Below, piece after piece: positions 26,627-35,926 of a DNA stretch of 50,059 nt. Under the pieces are notes generated by a model, which saw nothing but the letters and a program-made list of their open reading frames with translations, searched no databases and was not told the origin of the DNA. Numbering within the stretch: position 1 is the stretch's first letter; each line of letters begins with the position of its first letter. The position numbers were made by a program, and so were the translations under genes. The DNA comes from Candidatus Bipolaricaulota bacterium. GTDB taxonomy: Bacteria > Bipolaricaulota > Bipolaricaulia > UBA7950 > UBA9294. The stretch covers positions 1-50,059 of the forward strand of contig JAUWYG010000001.1 in the NCBI GenBank assembly GCA_030615945.1, in the 5' to 3' direction.

Positions 26627-26733
26627 GTGCACCGCCTCCTTCCGCACGTAACAAACTTCCCTCTACTTCATCCGTCATCACCCTAGGCGGAAAAGGCAGG
26701 AAAGTCAACACGGCAGACAAGCAAGAGAGATAA

Positions 26734-26806
26734 TGGGCGAAGCAGGGCTCGAACCTGCGACCTTTCGGATGTGACCCGAACGCTCTTCCAACTGAGCTAT
26801 TCGCCC
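26734..26806 (-). tRNA. tRNA-Val (anticodon CAC)
   Basis: Reverse complement GGGCGAA-TA-GCTC-AGTTGGAA-GAGC-G-TTCGG-GTCACAT-CCGAA-AGGTC-GCAGG-TTCGAGC-CCTGC-TTCGCCC-A folds as a 73-nt cloverleaf. Confidence 0.9.
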
Positions 26807-26858
26807 AATAGGCACTCCTCCACGTTCTTCTTTATTCTAGCGAGCCTAAGGCGGGGAA

Positions 26859-28040
26859 TCAAGCATCAAATTCCGCATTCCCCAGTAGGTCAGTCAGGCT
26901 CTCCCCCGCCCGCTTCCTCGTGATTTCCACCAGTCCGAGACCGGTGATGTCGATGAAGTCCGTCGGAACTCGATCCTTTTTAAACTCTTCTTTGACTTTG
27001 TTGACCACCTGCTGCTCATAACGTTGGGTCTCCATATCCACAAAGTCAACCACGATAATCCCGCTGATCTGCCGCAGGCGCAACTGTCGCGCGATCTCCT
27101 GTGCTGCCTCCAGGTTCGTGTTCAGAATTGCCGCCTGTTGGTTGCGGTGCCGCACATCCGCCCCTGTATTGACATCGATCGCAGTGAGGGCTTCGGCTTC
27201 ATCAATTACTAGAAACCCACCGCCAGCGAGGTTGACCCGACGAGAGAGGGTCTCTTGAATCTGTTCCTCCACATGAAAGTTTTTGAAGAGTTGAGTCTTA
27301 TCCTGATGCAGGCGGATACGATCTTTGTACTCCGCCATCTGCACGTAGTCAAGAAAATAGAGGATTTTCTCCTGAAAAAACTTCGAGTCGACAATCACCT
27401 CATGGACGTCGGGAAGAAGTCGATCACGAAGGATCGTTTGCACCAGCCCCATCGTCTTATGCAATAGTTGCGGAGCCGACGAATTACGGGCTGCCTCCTG
27501 AGTCCTTTCCCAGGTTTCAGCAAGGAGCCGGTAGTCGCGCTCCAGAGCCTCCTTACTCGCTCCCTGCGCGGCTGTGCGGGCGATCATCCCCTCGCCATCC
27601 CTCTTTAACCCACGCGCGATCCGCCGAAGGCGACGCTGGTCCCGGACGTTCTCGATCCGGCGCGAGACACCGAGGCGGTCCTCCGTAGGAAGTAATACCC
27701 AGTACCGCCCGGGGAGGCTGATCTTTGTCGTCCCCTGTGGGTTCTTTGAACCTATCCCACTACGCCTCACCTGCAAGATCAAAGTCTGACCAGAACGGAG
27801 GATCTTATTGATTGGCGCCGCTCCATGCCACGGCTTAAACCCACAGCTCAAAAGCATTGCATCATTGATCTCCCCTTGGGAGAGGAACAAACTCTTCTTC
27901 TCTCCAACATCGACAAACGCCGATCCCAAACCAGGAAGGACATCTTCCACCCTCCCTTTATAGATATTCCCAACGATCTTTTCCTGCGTCGGGTGCCCGT
28001 AGTAAATCTCCATTAGTCGGTCGTCCTCCAGGATTGCCAC
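26859..28040 (-). CDS. rng: Rne/Rng family ribonuclease (RNase G-like), short form
   Basis: S1 region GNIYKGRVEDVLPGLGSAFVDVG, catalytic core ...FLVIDEAEALTAIDVNTG..., ends ...EITRKRAGESLTDLLGNAEFDA. Coordinates use the first canonical start (GTG 28040). Conserved N-terminal residues are encoded upstream, so the start is probably ATT 28103 (see findings). Confidence 0.85.
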   Translation of the reverse strand: MAILEDDRLMEIYYGHPTQEKIVGNIYKGRVEDVLPGLGSAFVDVGEKKSLFLSQGEINDAMLLSCGFKPWHGAAPINKILRSGQTLILQVRRSGIGSKNPQGTTKISLPGRYWVLLPTEDRLGVSRRIENVRDQRRLRRIARGLKRDGEGMIARTAAQGASKEALERDYRLLAETWERTQEAARNSSAPQLLHKTMGLVQTILRDRLLPDVHEVIVDSKFFQEKILYFLDYVQMAEYKDRIRLHQDKTQLFKNFHVEEQIQETLSRRVNLAGGGFLVIDEAEALTAIDVNTGADVRHRNQQAAILNTNLEAAQEIARQLRLRQISGIIVVDFVDMETQRYEQQVVNKVKEEFKKDRVPTDFIDITGLGLVEITRKRAGESLTDLLGNAEFDA

Positions 28041-28081
28041 GCGCGTACGCTTGGCCTGCTGATCGGATGAATCGACCGATA

Positions 28082-28615
28082 TCAGAATCCTTTTTCCTTT
28101 AATTTGGTCACCTTCTTTCCCTCATCGAGTCCTGCCAGAATCTTGGCAAATCGTTTCCCATTTCTCGGATCTACTATCTTGGGTGCAATCTCGAGGAGCG
28201 GAACCAGGACGAACCGCCGTTCGTGCATGCGCGGATGCGGGATCTCCAACCCCTCTTCGCGGACTACCTGACCCTTATATAGGAGCACATCAATATCAAG
28301 CACGCGCGGTCCGAACCGAAACGTCTTTTTCCTACCTCTCTCTCTCTCGATCCTCTTGCACAGGACGAGAACCTCCCGTGGCATGAGGTTCGTCCGACCA
28401 GCGACGACCGCGTTCAAGTACCACGGTTGCTCAATAAGGCCAACCGGTTCGGTTTCATAGAGAGAAGAACGTCGTCGTACAGTTACACCCCCGTTCTCAA
28501 GCGCGGCGATCCCCCCCTCAATATGCAATCTACGCTCTTTGATGTTCGAGCCGAGGCAGAGGAAGACCCACTCCGTAATTACCTCCGCTCCTTGATCAAC
28601 TCGATTGCAGCACAT
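28082..28615 (-). CDS. folK: 2-amino-4-hydroxy-6-hydroxymethyldihydropteridine diphosphokinase
   Basis: VFLCLGSN...SSLYETEPVG...QPWYLNAVV...GPRVLDIDVLLY...IPHPRMHERRFVLVPL; follows folB. Confidence 0.88.
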   Translation of the reverse strand: MCCNRVDQGAEVITEWVFLCLGSNIKERRLHIEGGIAALENGGVTVRRRSSLYETEPVGLIEQPWYLNAVVAGRTNLMPREVLVLCKRIERERGRKKTFRFGPRVLDIDVLLYKGQVVREEGLEIPHPRMHERRFVLVPLLEIAPKIVDPRNGKRFAKILAGLDEGKKVTKLKEKGF

Positions 28616-28959
28616 GCCACCTTCCCTAAGCCCGGTGGGCTGAGCTTCTGCACCCGTACGAGTATCCTCAGTATCTTGGAGAACCGCGCAAGCAGACCGT
28701 TTGCGATCGCATCGGCAAAGGACTCGATGAGAAAATATTGTCGTGTCCGATTGATCCCGCGAACAGTGCTTACTATCTTGCGGTAGTCAATACTATCCTC
28801 TAAACTATCGCTGCTTGTGACCTTCTCAAACTTCCCTTCCAATTCAAGATCGATTCGAAAACAGTTTCCCTTCGTGCGCTCTGCGTCAGTGCAGCCGTGA
28901 AAACCGACCAGCTCAATTCCCTCAACAACAAGGCGGACACTTTCTAAGCGAGCTCCCAT
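28579..28959 (-). CDS. folB: dihydroneopterin aldolase
   Basis: IELVGFHGCTDAERTKGNCFRIDLEL...DSIDYRKI...FLIESFADAIA is typical of FolB. Confidence 0.85.
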   Translation of the reverse strand: MGARLESVRLVVEGIELVGFHGCTDAERTKGNCFRIDLELEGKFEKVTSSDSLEDSIDYRKIVSTVRGINRTRQYFLIESFADAIANGLLARFSKILRILVRVQKLSPPGLGKVACAAIELIKERR

Positions 28960-28995
28960 ACCTACCCTTTTCTCTATTGCGAAGGCGAGAGACTT

Positions 28996-31065
28996 TCAAG
29001 AGGGCGCGTTATCGGTAACGATCACTGAGAAGTCCCCAATACGAAGGAACAAACCGGCAAGAGCGCTAAGGAATCCGAGACGATTTCGCTTGAGATCTTC
29101 CTCCTTAGCCATTACGAGCACGTCATCAAAATAGCGATCAATCGGCTCCTTTAGTACAACTAGGCGCTCGATCGCCTCCGCGTAGTCTCCCGTCTTGAAA
29201 AAGCGCGTGAGTTGCCCCTCCACCTTCAAGTACTCTCTCCACAGAACCCGTTCGGCCTCTTGCGTAAACAGCTTCGGGTCAAATTGATCAGTCTCGACGG
29301 ACTTGGTAATGTTACGCACCCGAGAAAACGCAATAACGAGTGACTGAAACGTCTCCCGCTTGCGCCAGGTAGTGAGCACCTGGGCGCGCCGGAGCAGGCG
29401 GTAGAAGTTTCCCACCTCAGCTGCCGAGACGGCAGCGATCACATCGGCGGGAATATTGCAGTAGTGCCTGAGAAATTGGCGGACACGCTCGGTAAGGAAC
29501 TTCACTACATTCGACATCTCCACCTTTTGCTCGATCGTCGTGTAGATCTCTTGCGAGACGTGGATGAGGTCAAGAAAGTCGAGGTCGATCCCCTTCGCGG
29601 TCGCTAGGTGAATAAGACCGTTCGCCTGGCGCTTGATCCCGTAGGGATCGCGCGAACCAGTCGGTTCCTCCCCCGCAAGGAGCGCTCCCACTACCGTATC
29701 GAGCTTATCCGCCAAGCTGATTACAATACCTACATCACTTTGCGGCAGTTCACCGCCAGAGAATGAAGGAAGATAATGCTCGTGGATGGCCACGGCAACT
29801 GTGTCCGGTTCACCGTCGAGACGCGCATAGATCTTGCCTGCAACCCCCTGCAACTCGGGAAATGCCTTCACCAACTCGGTGACGAGATCCGCCTTGCACA
29901 GGAAAGCAGCCCGATCGATATCGGCAGGGGTTCCTCTTCCTGTACGGATGACAATCTCACCGGCCAGCGCACGAATCCGCTCCACCTTATCCCATAGCGA
30001 CCCGAGACGGACATCGTAGATCACCTTGCGTAACTCGCGCACTCGCTCAGCTAATGGGCAATGCCGATCTTTGTCGAAGAAGAATTGCGAATCGCGCAGG
30101 CGTGCACGCACCACCCGCTCGAACCCAGCACGCACAATCCCTTTCTCATCACGAAGCCCGTCGCGGAACCCCATGAAGTAGGGCGAGGTCCCATCGGAAA
30201 GGATGAAGGGAACGAACTTTCCCTCCTCTCGCAGAGTTGCCTGTACCACCTCAGCTGGAAGGTTGATGAACTCGGTTGAGACGTGACCGAGAACGGGAGT
30301 CGGATGTTCCCCACCGTTGACGATCCGCCCAAGAAGCTCCCCGTCGATCAGATACTCCCCTTTGAGCTTTCTCGCCGCCTCCTTGAGACTTCCGATAACA
30401 GCTTCTTCCCGCGCTTGTGGATCCACCGTAACCAAGGCCTCTTCCAGAGCTGTCTCATATACTGCTGCGCTCTCAAGGGTGACCTCTTCCTGTTCGAGGA
30501 ACCGATGCCCACGGGTGACACGGGAGGCGCGAAGGGTCCCCAAGGTTACAGGGATAACCTCTTTCCCATACAGGCAAACGAGCCAGCGAATCGGCCGGAG
30601 GAAGGTGATGCCGGAGTTATCCCAGCGCATGCTTTTGCTCGGATGAAGCCGCTTTACCAATGGGGGAAGGATCTCAGGAAGAAGATCTACTGTCTTGCGA
30701 CCGGGGACGGTCTGTCGGGCAAACGCGTAGACCTTCTTCTCAACCTCTACCCGTTCAAGGGCCTCAACAGCTACTCCCTGAGTCTTGGCAAACCCGATCG
30801 CCGCTTGCGTTGGGCTCCCGTCAGGATTGAAAGCTACCGCCGCGGGTGGGCCCTTTACCTCTTTCACTTGGTCCTCCTGGACTGAAGCGAGATCCCGCAC
30901 GATAAGCACCAGCCGGCGCGGAGTATAATGAAGATCGACCCGCTTGTAGGCTAGATGGGCAGCGGAAAATGCCCTCTCAGACTCTGCCTTCAACTCCGCC
31001 GCTAAGCGCGGCACCTCCAGCGCAGGCATTTCTTCGGTCCCGATCTCAAACAGCAGGTCAGGCAA
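28996..31065 (-). CDS. glyS: glycine--tRNA ligase beta subunit
   Basis: MPDLLFEIGTEEMPA N-terminus, about 689 aa; overlaps the glyQ stop by 8 nt. Confidence 0.92.
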   Translation of the reverse strand: MPDLLFEIGTEEMPALEVPRLAAELKAESERAFSAAHLAYKRVDLHYTPRRLVLIVRDLASVQEDQVKEVKGPPAAVAFNPDGSPTQAAIGFAKTQGVAVEALERVEVEKKVYAFARQTVPGRKTVDLLPEILPPLVKRLHPSKSMRWDNSGITFLRPIRWLVCLYGKEVIPVTLGTLRASRVTRGHRFLEQEEVTLESAAVYETALEEALVTVDPQAREEAVIGSLKEAARKLKGEYLIDGELLGRIVNGGEHPTPVLGHVSTEFINLPAEVVQATLREEGKFVPFILSDGTSPYFMGFRDGLRDEKGIVRAGFERVVRARLRDSQFFFDKDRHCPLAERVRELRKVIYDVRLGSLWDKVERIRALAGEIVIRTGRGTPADIDRAAFLCKADLVTELVKAFPELQGVAGKIYARLDGEPDTVAVAIHEHYLPSFSGGELPQSDVGIVISLADKLDTVVGALLAGEEPTGSRDPYGIKRQANGLIHLATAKGIDLDFLDLIHVSQEIYTTIEQKVEMSNVVKFLTERVRQFLRHYCNIPADVIAAVSAAEVGNFYRLLRRAQVLTTWRKRETFQSLVIAFSRVRNITKSVETDQFDPKLFTQEAERVLWREYLKVEGQLTRFFKTGDYAEAIERLVVLKEPIDRYFDDVLVMAKEEDLKRNRLGFLSALAGLFLRIGDFSVIVTDNAPS

Positions 31066-31909
31066 CGTTCTCTCCTATTTCCAGATATCCTTTAGCACAC
31101 CCTTTAGCCAAGTCACGGATGCGAGCGATGAAGCTCTCCCGCTCGGTAACACTTATTACCCCACGCGCATCAAGGACGTTGAACAGGTGCGAGCACTTGA
31201 GCGCATAGTCGTAGGCGGGAAAGACTAAACCCACTGCCAGGCTGGCACGGCACTCCTCCGCACAGAGACCGAACATCTCCTGGATCCGCTCCACACCCGC
31301 TGCCTCGAAGTTGTATATCGAGAATTGGCGCTCCTTCTCCCACCACAGCGTTTTGTAGGTAACCTCGTCATTCCATTGAAGACCGTAGGTACTCTCCTTT
31401 TCTTGGAGAAGAAGGGCGATTCGCTCCAAGCCATAAGTCAACTCGACTGAAACCGGATCAAGGGTGACGCCCCCCATCTGTTGGAAGTAGGTGAACTGGG
31501 TGATCTCCATCCCATCAACCCAGACCTGCCAACCGGCCCCCCATGCACCTAGCGTCGGCGACTCCCAATCGTCTTCAGCAAACTTCACGTCGTGCTCGGC
31601 TAATTTCAGCCCCAATTCCTCCAGGCTTGTCAGATAGATCTCCTGAATCCCCGCTGGTGGCGGCTTAAGGACTGTCTGATACTGATGGTGTAATCGTAGT
31701 CTAATCGGGTTCTCCCCATAACGGCCGTCAGTCGGTCGCCGACTTGGCTCCACATATCCAACTCGCCATGGACTTGGTCCCAACGTTCCAAAGAAGGTCG
31801 CTGGATTGAACGTCCCCGCACCGGTCTCTACATCGTATGGGTGAAGGATCAGGCACCCCTGGTGTCGCCAAAAGTTATGTAACTGGAGGATGATCTCCTG
31901 AACGTTCAT
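31058..31909 (-). CDS. glyQ: glycine--tRNA ligase alpha subunit
   Basis: MNVQEIILQLHNFWRHQGCLILHPYD...GAGTFNPATF...YVEPSRRPTDGRYGENPIRL. ATG 31909 lies 1 nt after the rplT stop. The track's start at 31981 is an over-extension into rplT. Confidence 0.92.
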   Translation of the reverse strand: MNVQEIILQLHNFWRHQGCLILHPYDVETGAGTFNPATFFGTLGPSPWRVGYVEPSRRPTDGRYGENPIRLRLHHQYQTVLKPPPAGIQEIYLTSLEELGLKLAEHDVKFAEDDWESPTLGAWGAGWQVWVDGMEITQFTYFQQMGGVTLDPVSVELTYGLERIALLLQEKESTYGLQWNDEVTYKTLWWEKERQFSIYNFEAAGVERIQEMFGLCAEECRASLAVGLVFPAYDYALKCSHLFNVLDARGVISVTERESFIARIRDLAKGCAKGYLEIGENVA

Positions 31910-31910
31910 C

Positions 31911-32273
31911 CTATTCCTCAGCCACCCCCTCTTTAGCCGTTCCAACAAGGACGGCGAATGTCTCCGCATCATGCACTGCAATTTCTGCTAGGATTTTGCG
32001 ATTTAGACCCACTTCCTGGCGCTCAAGGCCGCCAATGAACTTCGAGTAGGACATTCCATTAAGCTTTGCTGCAGCGCTGATCCGTGTGATCCACAGCCGA
32101 CGAAAGTCACGCTTGCGCCGGCGACGATCGATGTAGCTATTGCGTAGGGCTTTCATCACCGCCTGCTTGGCGATTCGGTGCGAAGTCCCTCGCTTTCCTT
32201 TGAACCCTTTTGCGAGAGCCATGATCTTCTTGCGGCTCTCCTTACGCTTACTTCCTCCACGTACTCGTGGCAT
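31911..32273 (-). CDS. rplT: 50S ribosomal protein L20
   Basis: [29 protein letters not shown]...[22 protein letters not shown]. Confidence 0.96.
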   Translation of the reverse strand: MPRVRGGSKRKESRKKIMALAKGFKGKRGTSHRIAKQAVMKALRNSYIDRRRRKRDFRRLWITRISAAAKLNGMSYSKFIGGLERQEVGLNRKILAEIAVHDAETFAVLVGTAKEGVAEE

Positions 32274-32297
32274 CTTCCTCTCCTCCTACCGCCTGAC

Positions 32298-32492
32298 CTA
32301 GTCTCCGATCATTTTTTTGATCATCTTTGCCTGTCCGCCAGTAAGCTCCTTCCCTTGCCGCGCTTGGCGCTTAGCCTTCGGCCTCTTCTTGATGTTTTTA
32401 TGGAAGTAGTTGGACATGTGGTGGAAGAGCTTACCGCTCTTCGACCGTTTGAACCGCTTGCTTGCCCCCCGGTGCGTTTTCTGCTTAGGCAT
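32298..32492 (-). CDS. rpmI: 50S ribosomal protein L35
   Basis: MPKQKTHRGASKRFKRSKSGKL...; lies between infC and rplT. Confidence 0.95.
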   Translation of the reverse strand: MPKQKTHRGASKRFKRSKSGKLFHHMSNYFHKNIKKRPKAKRQARQGKELTGGQAKMIKKMIGD

Positions 32493-32513
32493 TCCAATTC
32501 CACCTCCTCCTGT

Positions 32514-33023
32514 TCATCGTTGCTGAGTCGGAACCAATAGCATCTGCAGTACCTTCCCTTTTGCCTTTGGCTGCTCTTCCACCTTGGCAATGTCACTCAC
32601 CTGCTCGGCGACCCTCGCTAATAGATCCCGGCCGCGAGAGGCATGCACGATCTCGCGGCCGCGGAAGAAGACGCTAATTCGAACCGTGTCTCCGCGACTC
32701 AAGAACTCACGCACTCGCTTCATCTTCGTTTGGAAATCGTGCTCCCCAATCTTGATCGTGAACTTCATCTCCTTCAACCGAGAGCGGCGCTTCTGTTTAC
32801 GCTCGCGTTTCTCCTGCTGATAGTGGTACTTCCCGTAGTTAACGATCTTGCAAACGACCGGCTGCACTTGGGAGGCTACCTCTACCAAGTCGAAACCGCG
32901 CTCCTTCGCCAAAGCGATAGCTGCGTCGGTAGCCATCACCCCGAGGTTCTCTCCCCGCTCGTCGATCACCCGGATCTCAGTCTCACGGATCCGCTCGTTA
33001 ACTCTTAATTTTCTTTTGACTAT
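32514..33023 (-). CDS. infC: translation initiation factor IF-3 (ATA start)
   Basis: The track ORF begins at internal GTG 32969, but conserved N-terminal RVNERIRETEIRVIDERGENLGV is encoded upstream. The only plausible start after the in-frame TAG is ATA at 33023..33021, 5 nt after AGGAGG (33034..33029). Confidence 0.88.
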   Translation of the reverse strand: MVKRKLRVNERIRETEIRVIDERGENLGVMATDAAIALAKERGFDLVEVASQVQPVVCKIVNYGKYHYQQEKRERKQKRRSRLKEMKFTIKIGEHDFQTKMKRVREFLSRGDTVRISVFFRGREIVHASRGRDLLARVAEQVSDIAKVEEQPKAKGKVLQMLLVPTQQR

Positions 33024-33032
33024 AGTCGCCTC

Positions 33033-33668
33033 CTATCTTGTTTGACGTATTTCCGTCAACTGTATATCTCGATACAGATTGTGCTTTCCAATGTAGGTCG
33101 CAACCTGAGGTGGTACCCACTCCTCGAACGCTTCTCCATGCTTCACCTGTCGGCGCACCCAAGTGGAGGATAGGTCGACCTCCTCCATATCGATAAAGTG
33201 AATCTCCGCAAGGGCGAACGGCGAAGCGGAAAAGGCTTCGCATGCAATCCCGTCTCGCGGTGCGAGAATAAAGGGGACGCTCGCCAGGAGAGCCTTCGGT
33301 TCCTTCCACGTCTCGATCTGCAACAATAGATCAGCCCCTACAATGAAACAGATCCCCTGTGGGTAGATCTCCCTCATGGCGCGGATTGTGTCGATCGTAT
33401 ACGAGGGACCCTCACGGTCGATCTCGATCCGTGAGACCGAGAAGTTCCGATAAGGGGCGATTGCTCGCTTCACCATCTCGTAACGGTCCTCCTTACTCAC
33501 ACCATTCTCAACTTCCTTATGCGGTGGGATCCCACTGGGGATGAACACTACCTCCCCCAGCGCAAACTGCTCAAGCGCCTTATCTGCCACCAGCAGGTGC
33601 GCATCATGCAGAGGATTGAATGTCCCCCCGAATAACCCTACCCTAGTCTCTAAGCTCAAGTTCCACAT
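33033..33668 (-). CDS. nadD: nicotinate-nucleotide adenylyltransferase
   Basis: GLFGGTFNPLHDAHL, IPSGIPPHKE, SSTWVRRQV. Confidence 0.88.
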   Translation of the reverse strand: MWNLSLETRVGLFGGTFNPLHDAHLLVADKALEQFALGEVVFIPSGIPPHKEVENGVSKEDRYEMVKRAIAPYRNFSVSRIEIDREGPSYTIDTIRAMREIYPQGICFIVGADLLLQIETWKEPKALLASVPFILAPRDGIACEAFSASPFALAEIHFIDMEEVDLSSTWVRRQVKHGEAFEEWVPPQVATYIGKHNLYRDIQLTEIRQTR

Positions 33669-34911
33669 CTCCTATGCGGAGAAGATCCCCACTAGCAAAC
33701 CCCCGCCGATTGAGTTCTCGCAAGACTCCCATCTTCCTCAGTCGTTCGCTTAAGTATTCCCACGCATCGTGGCTGTCGAGGTTCAGCTTTTTCACTAGTC
33801 TCTCCACCGCTTCCCCCTCGACGATGAACACGTTCCCATCCCGATCAATTCGGAACCCCTCCTCGCCGTGATAGCGGTAGACACGGCGTAAGGGGGCTGG
33901 TTCCTCTTCCTTCACAGTGGCGGCCTGCAAACTACGATAAACCTTCATAATCAACTCGCGTATCCCACGACGGTTTGCGACCGAGATTGGGAGGATCTCC
34001 ACTCCGTTGGCGGCGAAGCGCTTTCTTGATTTCTCTATCTCTTCGGACCCAAGTAGGTCAACCTTATTCCCGACAACAACCTGCGGCCGCTTCATCAGCG
34101 CCTCACTGAACGCAGCCAGCTCCGCGTTGATGTGGTGGTAGTCTTCAAGTGCGTCCCGTCCTTCGAGCATGGCTAAATCGATCATGTGGACTAACACGCG
34201 CGTCCGCTCCACATGACGGAGAAAACGATCGCCTAATCCCCTACCAGCGTGTGCCCCTTCGATCAGGCCAGGAATATCAACAGCAACGAACTGGTGCTTA
34301 CCATCAACATCAACTACCCCCAGGTTGGGGACGAGGGTAGTGAACGGGTAGTCCGCTACTTTAGCTCTCTTCGCGGAGATGCATGAGATGAGGCTCGACT
34401 TACCAACATTGGGATAACCGATGATCCCGACGTCCGCGATGAGCTTCAGTTCCAGGCGAAGGGTCTTCTCCTCCCCTTTTAATCCGCGTTCGCAGATTCG
34501 TGGCGCCTGCCGAACCGAGGTCGTGAAACTCCGATTTCCGCGACCACCTTCGCCCCCGTGCACGAGGATCACCTCGTCCCCCGGCGAGGCGAGATCGACC
34601 AGAGCTTCCCCGCTGGTCACGTCTCGAACGAGCGTACCCACCGGAACCAGAATCAGCTTGTCCGCGCCCCGTGCTCCGCGCCGGGTGTTCTTCCCCCCAT
34701 TTTTCCCGTCACCAGCGCGGAATTTCGGCTCATTGCGGAAGGCATACAAGGTAGATAGGCCTGATAAGGCCCGCATCACTACTGATCCACCGCTCCCTCC
34801 GTTTCCACCATCCGGCCCTCCCTGTCGGCTATGTCGATTGGAGATAAAACTGATTACACCGTCCCCCCCACGCCCTCCTTGGACGCGGATCGTCGCTTCA
34901 TCAATGAACAT
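33643..34911 (-). CDS. obgE: GTPase Obg
   Basis: MFIDEATIRVQGGRGGDGVISF, glycine-rich Obg fold, G1 GYPNVGKSS, DIPGLIEGA, NKVDL, C-terminal OCT-like domain. Confidence 0.95.
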   Translation of the reverse strand: MFIDEATIRVQGGRGGDGVISFISNRHSRQGGPDGGNGGSGGSVVMRALSGLSTLYAFRNEPKFRAGDGKNGGKNTRRGARGADKLILVPVGTLVRDVTSGEALVDLASPGDEVILVHGGEGGRGNRSFTTSVRQAPRICERGLKGEEKTLRLELKLIADVGIIGYPNVGKSSLISCISAKRAKVADYPFTTLVPNLGVVDVDGKHQFVAVDIPGLIEGAHAGRGLGDRFLRHVERTRVLVHMIDLAMLEGRDALEDYHHINAELAAFSEALMKRPQVVVGNKVDLLGSEEIEKSRKRFAANGVEILPISVANRRGIRELIMKVYRSLQAATVKEEEPAPLRRVYRYHGEEGFRIDRDGNVFIVEGEAVERLVKKLNLDSHDAWEYLSERLRKMGVLRELNRRGFASGDLLRIGDVELELRD

Positions 34912-34948
34912 AGAAAGAAAAACCTGAAGGGGTAAACATCGGGAGGGA

Positions 34949-35206
34949 TTAAGCCTCCTGCGTCGGCAGGACGCTCACGTACTTTTTCTTGCGACCTTCG
35001 AATTGGACATAACCGGGGACGGTAGCATAAATCGTGTAATCCCGCCCCAAGCCAACGTTCTTTCCTAAACCGTACTTGGTGCCACGCTGGCGGACAATGA
35101 TCATCCCCGGGTTTACCCACTCTCCACCGAAACGCTTCACACCCAGACGTTTGCCTGAACTGTCGTGAACATTCGACGTTGAACCTGTACTCGTCTTGTG
35201 TGCCAT
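34949..35206 (-). CDS. rpmA: 50S ribosomal protein L27 (no N-terminal propeptide)
   Basis: [28 protein letters not shown]... Confidence 0.95.
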   Translation of the reverse strand: MAHKTSTGSTSNVHDSSGKRLGVKRFGGEWVNPGMIIVRQRGTKYGLGKNVGLGRDYTIYATVPGYVQFEGRKKKYVSVLPTQEA

Positions 35207-35218
35207 TGATACTCCTTC

Positions 35219-35542
35219 TTACACCCGTACACCTACAGTGGCCTCGTGTACCACGAAGTCACCGGGATATTCCTTTGCCAACATCTTGAGACCAATTACA
35301 AGGGTCTCCATAATCGCGTCGATCTCGCGGTTAAGATAAGGATCGCTCCGATCAACGACGAGGCGGAGCTCCTTTCCAACGGAAAAATCAGGGGCTACGT
35401 GCAGGTAGTCGGTCATCGAGGAGATCGTCGCCTGCAGGAAGTGGAGAGTACTCGTTGTAGCGATGCTTCCCTCTCCCATTCCCCTGCCGGTAAGCTCGAG
35501 AATCCGGTTTTGTTCGTCACGCTGAATGATAATCTCTTCCAC
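35219..35542 (-). CDS. Prp (ribosomal-processing cysteine protease, DUF464) homologue lacking the catalytic His/Cys
   Basis: Lies between rplU and rpmA, as Prp/YsxB does. The tail DAIMETLVIGLKMLAKEYPGDF parallels the Prp C-terminal helix. The 107-aa product has no cysteine at all, and GRG replaces the GHA motif. Confidence 0.55.
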   Translation of the reverse strand: MEEIIIQRDEQNRILELTGRGMGEGSIATTSTLHFLQATISSMTDYLHVAPDFSVGKELRLVVDRSDPYLNREIDAIMETLVIGLKMLAKEYPGDFVVHEATVGVRV

Positions 35543-35553
35543 GTCTATTCCCC

Positions 35554-35868
35554 TTAGGATTCGATCTTAGTGATGAGCGTCGTCATGTAGGGCTGACGGT
35601 GCCCTTGCTTACGCCGGTATCCTTTCTTGCTCTTGTACTTGTAGACAATGATCTTGTCCCCCGATCCCTCCTCTCGCACCTCTCCCTTCACTTTCACATC
35701 ATCGAGATAAGGAGCTCCCACTCGAACACCAGTCTCGTCGACAAGGAGTAAAACCCGTTCGAATTCAACTTCCTCTCCTACCCCAACGCCATCGATCCGC
35801 TCGTGCTCGAATAACGTTCCCTTCTCGACTCGATACTGCTTGCCACCTGTTTCAATTACTGTATACAT
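35554..35868 (-). CDS. rplU: 50S ribosomal protein L21
   Basis: MYTVIETGGKQYRVEKG from ATG 35868; the track start at 35883 adds 5 residues. Confidence 0.95.
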   Translation of the reverse strand: MYTVIETGGKQYRVEKGTLFEHERIDGVGVGEEVEFERVLLLVDETGVRVGAPYLDDVKVKGEVREEGSGDKIIVYKYKSKKGYRRKQGHRQPYMTTLITKIES

Positions 35869-35926
35869 TAAAAAGCACCTCAATCAAATCAAATTTTAGC
35901 GATCCTTGTTCCTCTTTTCAACGGGC

